Origin: Paraphysomonas bandaiensis
Taxonomy: Eukaryota; Protista; Chrysophyceae
Direction of reading: 5' to 3'
Assembly: GCA_965644295.1 (NCBI GenBank)
Contig: CBFFRP010000476.1
Location: forward strand, 1 to 23,202
Length of the DNA: 23,202 nt
In this document: positions 9,040 to 19,300 of the stretch, piece by piece
How the letters are laid out: each line of letters begins with the position of its first letter
Numbering within the stretch: position 1 is the stretch's first letter
Translations under genes and position numbers: made by a program
Notes under the pieces: model-generated
Databases searched by the model: none
What the model saw: the letters and a program-made list of their open reading frames with translations, nothing else
What the model was told of the DNA's origin: nothing

Positions 9040-11852
9040 TCTCCCCGCTTGGAATGCTCAAATCCACACCAGTTGCACAGCACCCACCCATTTTTCCCTC
9101 GTGGTGCCGTGTAGCCTCCTCCGCTCCCGGTGCCTGTCTCTCTCCTCCCTTCAGGCTTATCCGTCTCTGCCCCCTGATCTCTTTCTCCTCCTTCCTGGTA
9201 AGCACCATGTGCCTTTACTGTCTTCTTGTGCGATCCGGTGACTCCTGGTATCTGTCCATTGGGATATGTATCCATCAGCTTCCCAACCACTTTCTGCACA
9301 CAATTCACAATATACTCCTCGCTCTTCATGTCCACCAGGCCTATCCTCCTATCCATCTCGATCTCTGCATCAACTCCTTGTCTCACCAAATTCCCTAATG
9401 GCCGTCCTGCGGTCTTCATCCTAAATCGTCTGTACAGTTGCTCCGCTCTATTGTCGTCGTCCCACCTGTATGATCTTGTGTCTTAATTCTGCAGAAGCTT
9501 TCGTCGAACTTCTCTAACGATGTTTCGTCCATCTGGAATTCTTCCACTTCTCTCTGCAGCACCTCCTTCCCTACTTGTATGCCGAAAATGGACGTGAACC
9601 TAATCATAAACTTAAACACCTCCACTCCCCACGTCACCACATCGGTCTCCACCGCTGAACAGGTCGACTTGAAACCACGCTCTCCATGCTGTACTCTCGT
9701 AGCATATTTCCTTCCCAACTCCCCTTTAAACGGAGCCCCCGTCATCAGGTGTAGACATAACTTCATTGGCGACCACTGAGCCATGTGGGCCGTAGATACT
9801 ATTCCACTGAATATCATAATACAGTCTAACCCTGAGGTGCTCCTGTGGGAAAGTCTACTTGGGGATATCCAATGTGGGCAGCTGGCTTTCCCGACTGTAC
9901 CCAGTGCGACATGGGTAACTTCCTCAAGTGTTCTCTCATGTTCCGGCAATACTTTGTGCCATCTCCACCTGCTCCTCACACCTCTGCTGCAGCTCCGCAG
10001 TGATCTTCTCCACCACCCCTGGCGTCCTCATGCACCATTGACAGAACTCCCCATAGCTCTTAGACCTCGCCTTCTCCACCTGCTGACTAGGGTCGTCCTC
10101 TTCCTTGGCCTCTGCTTCCCTCCCCCTTCTCATGCTAGTGCGAGCCTCTTCCTCTCTTCCTGTCATACTCTCTTTCTCTACGGTCAACCAAGTCTCCTCA
10201 TCGCTGCTCACCTCGTCTGGATACTTTTCTCCCCATCGATCCATATTCGGTCTTCCTTCCCCTCTCATCCACCTAACCTGATCTCTATAGCTTTTCAGAG
10301 GCGGTCCTATCTCCCTGAGCTCTCTCAATGCTACCTGAATGACCTCCTTCTGCTCCTCCAGATACATCAACCTCTCTGCCAACCTATTGCTGGTCGTGAG
10401 ATAGTCCAGCAGCTCCGGTATCTTGTCCCTCTCCTGGCTCAGTAACTCGAAATCCATGTCTCGGCGCCCCCTAGTCCTTGCATGTTGGATGATCCCCAGC
10501 CACGACACATAGAACTCTCTTTGTATATCTGGTACTCCCTCCTTCACTGCAGCCATCTTCAGCTCCTCCATCAATCTATCCAATACCCCCCTGTACGTGC
10601 CTTCCGTCATCCTCTCTCTCACATTCTGTATCTCTCTCCTCACCAGCCTCTCACTCTGCCATACATACTTGTCTTGATGTTCTGGTTCCACCGGCTTCAC
10701 CAGATGTAGCAGCATATTCCTCTGAAGCATGTTCCGGGTCTCCTGTGATAGTCCCACGGGTTTCGAGGCTGCCTGAATGTCCTCCTGCATCCATCCTCCA
10801 TCTCGTCTGCTCTCCTCCTCATCTGTTCTCCGTCTACCCCTGGACCTACTTCCCATACTCCACTCATCCTGTGACAACATCTCCTCCCCTCGTCTTCTTC
10901 TCCCGCCCCCTACTCCCATCGCAGCCAACTCCTCCATCACTGGTGTACTTCGATACTCTTCCCCTATCTCCCTTCTGGCTGGTGTCTTTGGATAGTCGTC
11001 CCCTCTTTCTCCTCTATGAGACTGCCAATGCTCTGCTCCTGTGGCCTCCCTCCTACTCGTCGGTGTCTGCCCCTCTTCCCTCATTATCTTCCCTTCTCTC
11101 CGACCTCCTCTATACCAGCATACCCAACACTGTGTAGCATACTTCGGCGCTGATCCTGCCTTCAGTACTGCCTGGCAGCTCCTACACTTACGATCAAATA
11201 TGAGAGTCTCTGTCCGTGGATTCCCTCTCATCTCTATCACAGGCTGATCTCTTGCTTTCTCTGTCGCATACTTCTGACGCACCCACACCCATGATGGAAT
11301 ATCTGCAGGCCTGCTCTCCCTCTCTTCCTGCTCCAATTCCCCTAGCCGCATCTTCTCACTAAACAATTTCCTGGTGGTTTCCATACCCCTCGCTCCGGTC
11401 TCTCTCGCTCGTACAGGCCTTCCTGTTAGTGGGTCTCCCTCGTCTGACTCTTGATAGTCTGGAGCCCCACTCCAATCTCTGTACAGTCTCTCCATTGTGG
11501 CCCCCATCCCTGGCCTGCCCTTGTTGCTGTGTCTACTCCCGTCCCCACGGTTGTAGACTGGTTCCTCCAATGGGGCCGTCCCTTGGCCGGTCCCGGTATC
11601 CCCCCATGCCTCGGAGAGTGATGTGTCCCGTGCACTGTCCACATCGTCCTCCCATTGCTCTGCCCTTCGCTCTTCCCCCCTTTGGGATCGTTGCCATGAA
11701 ATTCCGCTGCCCCCTCGTCTTCGTGGCTGATCAAGTCCACTGGTTCGCGAGGGCAGCCCACGTTGTCCACCACATGAGACGATCGGAGATGTGGGGGTCC
11801 TTGGCAGAGGGCTTTGCCTTGTTGATGCATCAGTTGGGTACCTTATGCTCAT
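8823..11852 (-). pseudogene. gag: E2 gag, split over three ORFs (9936-11852, 9416-9979, 8823-9419)
   Basis: Lies between the 5' LTR and pol. Capsid-like WGVEVFKFMIRFTSIFG...LQREVEEFQMDETSLEKF in the middle ORF, zinc knuckle CNWCGFEHSKRGEC at 9036-9077. Frame changes near 9950, 9480 and 8945. Confidence 0.8.
11757..11772 (-). promoter_or_regulatory. E2 primer-binding site, probably tRNA-Ala
   Basis: TGGTGGACAACGTGGG starts 2 nt after the 5' LTR. Its complement ...GUUGUCC-A-CCA has U70, C71, C72, A73, as in tRNA-Ala (G3:U70 identity pair). Confidence 0.8.
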
Positions 11853-12321
11853 ACCCGCGGATAACTTCTTACTACGTGCAATGACGTCTGATCTTACTAG
11901 GTGCCTGTTAGATGCTATTAAACAGACCCTTAAGCTCTGATAATCGTATAACTATCAATTATTAGAACTATCCTTACTTATGCTCTCATAACCTTAAAGA
12001 GTGACTCACATAGCAATCTTGCACTTACAAGCTGGCTCTACACTTAAACACCCATATCATACTTATCACCATCGTATCTCTACAGTTATCGTAATGCTGT
12101 CCCTGTAGTCGTACTCCTCTACTACTCATCGTACCTATCTACTACTCATCGTACCTATCTACTACTCATCGTACCTCATACCCAATTACATACGTACTCA
12201 CGTACTCAAGTACATATGCACACACATACCTCCACCCAACAGCTACCCTACCACCGTATACTCACTGTAGTCAGGATACACTCACCCCACGATATATGGG
12301 ACTACATGCGGATTTGTCACA
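11775..12321 (-). repeat. E2 5' LTR (547 bp)
   Basis: Direct repeat of 2637-3183, followed on the minus strand by the PBS. Confidence 0.97.
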
Positions 12322-12480
12322 AAAGTGTTCCTACTCTACAATTTACGATGTGAAATTTTTAAGTATTCTCCGAATTACATCTATAATATGATAATAATAC
12401 TCCATGGTGGTTCGTTTTGATGGCTATTTCGAAACTAGTCCCATTGACATGTGTGCGACCATGGATTTCTCACAAAAAAC

Positions 12481-12495
12481 GAGGGGGGGAGGCAG
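12481..12495 (+). promoter_or_regulatory. E1 polypurine tract
   Basis: GAGGGGGGGAGGCAG directly before TGTGAC; same design as the E3 PPT (...GGGGGAGGGGGCAG-TGT). Confidence 0.88.
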
Positions 12496-13523
12496 TGTGA
12501 CCACGTGGCATTTCCTATGCCCTATCTACGTGGCTATAGTACCAGAACTGCATGCATTGCCCATTCAGGACCCTGTGATATTAGTTTAGGACCCTATATC
12601 AAGAACATTATATCATCAGGACCCTATACCATGTCTAGGATGCATATTCTATGTTATACTCATTAAGATGGGGTAATGAGCTATGATGTACCTACACACG
12701 GAATCAACGTTCAGGTGTGATGTCCACTTTATCTGCCGATGATGATGTACACTATGATCTGCTGATGGTGACTTCACGCAATGTGAAACCTGCCACAAAT
12801 TTATAATAAAGTTATGTGGGTCAGTATTCCAGTGTAGCAGTTGCAGTGTATACTTCCATAGGAATACGTACTGGCATTACCCATACTACCCTATAGGGGG
12901 GCAAGTACATAATATATATCACATCAACGGAGAATGGATATTATATACTCGAGGTGCACGAGTGTTCATACCAGGCTCAGTGGGGAATCAATTGTGATAT
13001 GCAATACCTGGTATGCAGGGTTGTATTTACGTATTAACCTGGATATTAGGGATTTTGGGTTCTTGAATGCTAAAATACACCAAAGTGGCGGTATACTGTT
13101 TTTGTATGGGTATTTAGGTAGAAAGTAAAACGTAGGATATGATGTACTATGAGTATGCGGTTATACGTTGCTCCTTAGGTTGCTGTGTGTATTCAGTTTA
13201 TAGAATAAACACGTTTCTGTGGGCAGTGATGACGTTGCAGGGTGTTGTGATGTTGTTGAGGAGTAGAAGTGGGTGTAACATGTATGCTATGGTGTTATGC
13301 ACTTACTTGTTTAGGCTTAACCGAAGTGCTTGGTGCCAACGATCTTGTTGCACTGGCGGTGTTACCTGCGTGGTGATTTCTGGCGGAAATCATTAACTGG
13401 GCATTAGGTTATTGCTTAGAGCAGTCACAGCATTAATAATACATTGTTCTTACACTTGCGTGTTTGTGTGGTATACCTGTACTGCGAGCCGTGATTTCGG
13501 TTTTCAAACCGGGTTACGTCACA
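12496..13523 (+). repeat. E1 3' LTR (~1028 bp)
   Basis: Starts TGTGAC after the PPT and ends GTCACA (6-bp terminal inverted repeat). The 3' end resembles the E3 LTR end, and the TG-rich to CA-rich strand bias flips after it. The partner LTR is outside the window, so the right boundary is inferred. Confidence 0.72.
12720..12997 (+). pseudogene. Degenerate PHD-like zinc-finger coding remnant in the E1 LTR
   Basis: Stop-to-stop frame 12758-12997 reads QCETCHKFIIKLCGSVFQCSSCSVYFHRNT...GEW, i.e. C-x2-C...C-x2-C-x4-H. The later ligands are missing or frameshifted. An ATG at 12720 joins by a -1 shift. Confidence 0.4.
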
Positions 13524-13799
13524 CAGATTCTGCTACTTCACAACCCTGCCCGGGACCTAAACTTAAGAACGCAATTCTACAAAGTGCTATTCAACAACGA
13601 AGTTGGTGGACATGTAGAACTCAGCCTAGGCTCGCTGTGTTGCCGAATGATAAGCAGTGAAACACCCTCGCTAAAGCAATCCAACTGGACTCCAATCCTT
13701 TCACTATTTCACATCGCCCTCAAGTCGGAAACACTCCTGCCTCCCGTGTAGTTGTTCTTAAGAACAACGTATGCTCACACAAAAACAACACTGATCTAT

Positions 13800-14208
13800 A
13801 ACGTTTTAAAAAGATTTTAAGTGCACGCCAGCGGGCTGCTACACTGTTGAGCTCACCAGCGGGTGATGCTCCTCAACTCTGACGCAAACCGCGAAAGAAT
13901 TTAAATAAATCGTTATTTAAAACGTGTAATAGAAAAGTGAGTAACATGCTATATACAACTCTACAGTATTAACACACACATACAACATCATGTTCAGCAT
14001 TATTTCACTTCAGCACACAACACACCAGATCAGAAGTATTTTATCCGGTACGTATGTACAGCTTCAACACTCCGTGTATACACTGAAAGAGTAGAAACTG
14101 AATATGTCACTGTGATGTTTCTGAGAACTAGAAACACGTGAATGACAGAAAGCTCTCTCTAAAAACGTTTTAACAGATTTAGAGTGTACGCCAGCGGGCT
14201 GCTACACT
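13800..14208. repeat. Dispersed ~45-bp direct repeat (13800-13845 and 14164-14208)
   Basis: AACGTTTTAA..AGATTT..AGTG.ACGCCAGCGGGCTGCTACACT is present twice. Confidence 0.85.
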
Positions 14209-14781
14209 ATGATGCAGCCTCGTTTGACAACTCAACTGTCACCTCACAGTTTGGTTTGATAACCAAGACTATGGCTCGTGATAACGCTAAACTACTATCA
14301 CTGTATAGGAATCAAGAAAATGAGATCAAAGAAGTGATATTATTACAGTCAGGTAAACTTATGTTTTAATCAACTATACTCGAGTGACTGACTCCCGCGA
14401 AGAATCAGCACGCAAACACCACCGCTAGTGATGTCAGGTCGCTAGTACCCAAGCATGGTTAACATAAACAAAACTGAGTCACAACAGAAACATAAAGTAT
14501 GAAGACAACCGCAGAGCTGCACACACACAACGTCAACCATGTCACACTGTGTTGCAACACACAACCACAACGCAGGCTGTGTCATACAAGCAGTATAACA
14601 ATATACAGTCATGTCAACGACTCTATCAACCACGGTTGTACAACACTATATAATGTATATCATGTTGCATTCCTCATAACTACAATGGTACTTGGAAAAT
14701 ACTAGCTAACGTACACTTTCATAACATATAACAACAATCTTGCAGCAACATGCCACCTGCACGTCCTTAAGCTCAGAGTGT

Positions 14782-15255
14782 ATGTCTAAGGCGAAGAGAT
14801 CCAAGAAAAGACGTGGTAAAGCCTCTCTGCAACAGTATGAGGAGTCTCGGAGAAAGGCTATCCGAGAATATGCTGCAGAGCGCCGTGCACATGATATTGC
14901 AGCACGATGTCCCCAAGGTGTCTTAGACAAGTCTGGTAAAAGCTCTGCAAAGTAGTTCCTTATCTCTACAGTTCTTCCGCAGAATGTGCACCCGAGGTTT
15001 GTTCCACCGTATTGGACTTCTACCGCCAGTGTGGGACAGAGAACCCTTACGTCGGTGTGTCCAATGGGCCTAATGTGGCCGACCCTGACAACTCGTGTCC
15101 TACCGAAAAAGGTCTCTTTGCCCTGGTGAACTTGAGCTCCGGGCTGCGAGTGTGTGTCTATGTAGGAGAGGTCTATAACCGATGTCCGAAGTGGGGTGCG
15201 GATTGCTGACTATGGTGAGTGGTATCACCGCAAGAGTAAGCTACGCCTTAAGTGA
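14782..15255 (+). pseudogene. Frameshifted ORF with a basic N-terminus and the N-terminal half of a SET domain, antisense within the E4 LTR
   Basis: MSKAKRSKKRRGK..., then a shift in the A-run at 14938-14941 to KLCKVV...EKGLFALVNLSSGLRVCVYVGEVY (SET motifs I and II), then DY after a second shift. Donor-like G/GTGAGT at 15215. Confidence 0.55.
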
Positions 15256-15400
15256 GTGGTCATTTCTCCTTTAGTTGTAACTAATAATTGTTGTTATCTC
15301 TGAGTGTTTTCTTGGTAGTTAGTCTATCTAGTGTCTTGTAGCCCCTTAGGAAAACACTATAGCCACGTAAGTAAGGCACGCGAGATGCCACGTGGTCACA

Positions 15401-15489
15401 ACACTGTTAAGCCTACCAGCGGGTAGAACTCCTCCACACAAACGCAAACCGCGAATGAGCTTAATTGAATCGTTATTAAAACGTTATAT
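15401..15489 (-). repeat. E5 3' LTR, fragment between the E4 and E3 insertions
   Basis: Homologous to 13841-~13928, and joins 22891 onward once E3 and its ATAT TSD are removed. Confidence 0.8.
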
Positions 15490-16328
15490 TGTGACCAAAC
15501 CCGGGGTATCACACCGGGTGCAGCTATGTATATGAAATGAATGTGCGAATGTAACAAGAAAATAGCTAATGTAGAGATAAATGTGCTTATTACTCTGCCC
15601 TGCAACTGCCTGAGCACCCTCAAGCACTTATCTGAAGACACCTCCTCAAACGTGTTAATAGGCAAGGCTAGTAACATAATAATGACAGCACATAGAACAC
15701 AAACAACTCATACAGAACCATTTACATTCTATGAACTATCTAGAAACACAGCAGAGAACAAAGAACAATATTCTGCAGAAAATTCAGCAACATTTCGCCA
15801 ATTTTGTGGAGATATCCACCTTCTGGAAGATTCACGTAGAAGCCTATAGGAAGAGCCTTAAACCAACTCAACAGCCACAGACCAAAAATGCAGTGACTAG
15901 CCAATCAGCGTTCAGCAGTAATACATAATACAGCAGCTGTATAGTGATAGTCCCTACATGTACCTATAACTGCATCATCGCGTACTTATGTACCTCGTGT
16001 CACACAACACACTCTGCAAACACATCACCACCAAGTACAGTCCGCATTCCAGCACCGTTATACAGCATTCGAAGCATATACATATAGACAACACAGCCTG
16101 TATTCCATACAGTATACAAAACAGTATAACCCGAGTACACCAATCAGATCTCTCCATTGCTCATACAGCAAAAACAGCAGCACTTGTAATCCGAGAGTGA
16201 AGTGTGTCTTCATCCGAAGAAGATAAGATGCAGGCAGTACATACACACACAGTCCTCTAGAGCCCCCCTTGTAGCATATTAACCTGGTCTTTTGTGGTAT
16301 GTGATTAGTTTGACGCCTCGGCGTTACA
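15490..16328 (-). repeat. E3 3' LTR (839 bp)
   Basis: Direct repeat of 22052-22890; I found one substitution by eye (CCAACT vs CCAGCT). Confidence 0.97.
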
Positions 16329-16349
16329 CTGCCCCCTCCCCCTCTCTCT
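16329..16349 (-). promoter_or_regulatory. E3 polypurine tract
   Basis: AGAGAGAGGGGGAGGGGG-CAG immediately before the 3' LTR start (TGTAAC). Confidence 0.92.
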
Positions 16350-16355
16350 GTTATG

Positions 16356-19300
16356 CTATTCAACTATGCGGGGATACCTTTTGGCTATGTCTGCATCCAC
16401 CAGCACCATGTAAGTCTCATCGAAGGTCTTGACGGAGCCCCACGCAAACACAAGATAATTATCGAGGGCGTAAGTAGCACCATTAAGCAGAAAACGAGCA
16501 CTAATCTTCTTTTTAGATGTCCTGTGGTACCAATGTGTGTATTCGAAGACCACCACATACGATTTTGTAGAAAAGTCTGGAAGGTCCAAGCTCTGATACC
16601 ACTGATCCCCAAAGAAACGAAGATCCACATACACTCTATCACCTACTTGCACTGCTGTGACATCTGCCCTCCTGAGCTGAGTCTTGAAAGGAGTGACCTG
16701 ATTCTGATCCAGGATGAGGTGATGTAAGTACTTCCTAGATTTACAGAAATCTTCATATGCCTGACAATCGAATAGATCTCTACTCCATGGTACTTCCAGT
16801 ATGTCCCCATCTGCATACTCCACAATGAATGTCATGCTAGTACGGTGGTTGGCATCTCCCTTGTACCCATGAATCACCTTGACTCTGAATTGCTCTTGAT
16901 CTCGGATGGCAGCCTCCACGGCATCCTCCTTTGAACCCACAAAGTACTCTAGGTCAGTTACAGAATATTTGTGAATAGCCCCTGTTAATACATTTCTGCA
17001 GTCTACGTCATTCTTGTACTGGTGAACTACCTCGAAAGGTCCCTTGCGTTTTGTAGACAGCTTCGGCACCGGTCTCACTCCTGGGTCATACAAGACCAGA
17101 TCCCCTTTCTGGAATTTGTTCTGGGGACCCATCCTCTGGTTAGGATCCTCCACTCTCTTCTTGATCAGAGTCTCCTGGTATTGTCTAGATGCGTTGCGCA
17201 ACTGGTGAAGGTTCTCGTGCATCTTCTGGAGGTATAGGTGCTCAGGGACGCGCTCGAATTTCTTCGCGAGATCACTATAGATGGAGTCTGGTGTCCCAAA
17301 AGTCAGCTCAAATGGAGTATAGTTTGTCTCTGCTGATCTGTGTGTGTTAAGAATAATTTGAACACTGGGGATGAAGGTTGGGTCGTCAAAAACATTCTTC
17401 TCTCTGGTGTCATATACCAATGCTCGCAAGTGTCGTCCCACTTCCTTATTCACCCGCTCGCAACCATTGACATGTTTGTTCGCAATGCTGAAAACATGCC
17501 GAACTCCCACCAGATCAGTCAATTCCTTGAATAACGCTGAATTTAAATCTGGTCCCAAATCAGATATGATCATGTCAGTAAAACCGAAATTCGCCCAATA
17601 CTTCCAGACTGAATCCGCCAGGGTCGTTGCTGAGCATCCTTTCACTGGGTTCAAAAACGCTAGCTCCGTAAACAAATTCACAATGACGTTAATGTGTGTC
17701 TCTCCATTGCGGCCGTGGGGTGTAATGGCTAATGCATCTATACCGATTGCGGTCCTGTGTGATGGAGGTTTCAAGTGTCTCTGCACAGGGATCAGCCGGG
17801 TTTTCATCATCTCCCTCCTGGACTTCTGGCAATTTGCGCAGCGGTCTATATAGTCCTTAACTTGTCGCTGGGATATGCCATGCCCAGGGAAATCCCTGTT
17901 CAGTCTCCTCCAGGTCTCGCGCTCTCCCCAGTGTCCGACTTGTCAATGGGCATTGTGAACCTGATCTAAACACTCCGTTGGTGTGAGCTGCAAATGGTTA
18001 GAGGTGGGTTTGATCTCCTCTCCTAGCACCTCTTCCTCATCAAACATATTGCATAAGGTACTCATGCGCTGCTCATATTCTAACTCCTCCTCCTCAAATT
18101 CGTCATCTTCATTACACAGGTGGCATAGCCCTTCCGCTGTATGACAATCTTCATGCTCGTCCTCTTCAGCAACACATAGATGGAGTCTGGAGAGTGTATC
18201 GGCCAGTACATTTTCTTTTCCAGGGATATGTCTCACCTTAAACACAAATGACTGCAGGTAAATTCTCCATCGTATAATCTTGGGTACTTCTGACGCTTCT
18301 ATCCATCTCAGGTTGTTATGATCCGTCTCCAACAAAAACTCCTTCCCGATTAGATAATACGCCAGTCTCTTGACCACATAGTAGATTGCAAACCCCTCCT
18401 GCTCAATAGTATCCCACTTCTGTGCTTGCTTAGAGAATCTTTTGGAGATCAGCGCTATAATTTGCTCCTCCTTTGAACCGTCTGCATGTGTCAAGATTTG
18501 AATGAGGACTCCGCCAACACCTATCTCACTCGCATCAGTTCTTATCACCCATGGCAGCTCGTAATCTGGGTAATGAAGTGCACATGCCTCTTGCAAATCC
18601 TTCTTGAAATCTTCGAATTCCTGTCTATAGTCGTGCTCCCACTTTGACTCGTCTGACCAGTCGAATTCAGGTTTCGTAAGATCTGTCAAATGTCTAACTT
18701 TCTCACTGTAATTTTTCACAAAAGGTGCGAAGAAAACTCCACATCCTAATAATGATCTGATTTTCTTGGATCTGTTCCCGGATTCTGGAAAAGGTATCTC
18801 AAGTAATGCAGCCTTTCTGTCCTCTGTCAACTCAAAGCTCTGGTGCTTGCATCTATAGCCAAAGAACTTGACTTCTCCAAAACCTAGCCAGCTCTTTGCA
18901 AACTTGAGAACAACATTGTGTTGTATGCATCTCTCGATGAAGATTTTCAGTCTCTCGTATGCCTCTTGGTAATCCATCGCCAGAAGCAAAATGTTGTCGA
19001 ATATCACTATGGCCCACGGTAAGTCTGAAAACAATGCATTGACAGTCTCTTGTAAAACGCCAGTAGCAGGACCTATTCCCTCAGGCATGAATCGTGGTTG
19101 ATATTGACCCCAAGGAGTTTGAATGGATAGCTTCTCCGCCGTCTCTTCATGTAATGGGATTTGGTGGAAGGCATTTGTGAGATCTATGTCTAAAAATACC
19201 TTGTACCCCATGATACGATCCAACTGGTGCCTAATATTAGGTATAGTGTAGTTACCGATGTGAATATGCTTGTTGATCTCTACGTAATCACCACAGAACC

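Larger units (their letters stand above)
2637..12321 (-). mobile_element. E2: full-length Ty3/gypsy LTR retrotransposon with SET domain in Pol
   Basis: Two 547-bp direct repeats with TG...CA ends, 4-bp TSD AAAG (2633-2636 and 12322-12325), PBS, PPT, and gag plus PR-RT-RH-IN on the minus strand. Confidence 0.97.
1..13523 (+). mobile_element. E1: Ty3/gypsy LTR retrotransposon (chromodomain-like integrase), 5' part outside window, interrupted by E2
   Basis: RT-RNaseH-IN order at 3-2634. After removing E2 (TSD AAAG) about 160 bp of 3' UTR follow, then PPT GAGGGGGGGAGGCAG and an LTR starting TGTGAC (12496) and ending CCGGGTTACGTCACA (13523), which resembles the E3 LTR 3' end CCGGGTTTGGTCACA. Confidence 0.85.
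13524..15400 (-). mobile_element. E4: LTR (5' or solo) of a related element, interrupted at its left by E1
   Basis: The minus strand starts TGTGACCACGTGGCAT at 15400 and matches the start of the E1 LTR at 38/45 nt. There is no PPT outside it. 13841-14103 is co-oriented with and homologous to the minus-strand E5 LTR. Confidence 0.68.

Noticed and set aside
3458-11884. Many plus-strand ORFs (for example 4506-5120, 9783-10445, 8904-9398)
   Set aside because: Antisense shadows of purine-rich gag/pol, with low-complexity S/P/L translations and no motifs.
12496-15400. A single 2.9-kb TIR element (DNA transposon) or one giant LTR with 45-bp terminal inverted repeats
   Set aside because: There is no TSD (GGCAG vs ACACT). 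A PPT precedes the left end, an E3-like LTR terminus lies at 13523, the strand bias flips after it, and the right part is co-oriented with the minus-strand E5 LTR. Two related LTRs in opposite orientation fit better, although this is not proven without the E1 5' LTR.
15541-16200. Short ORFs duplicated in both E3 LTRs
   Set aside because: The duplication is simply LTR identity, and I see no recognisable motifs.
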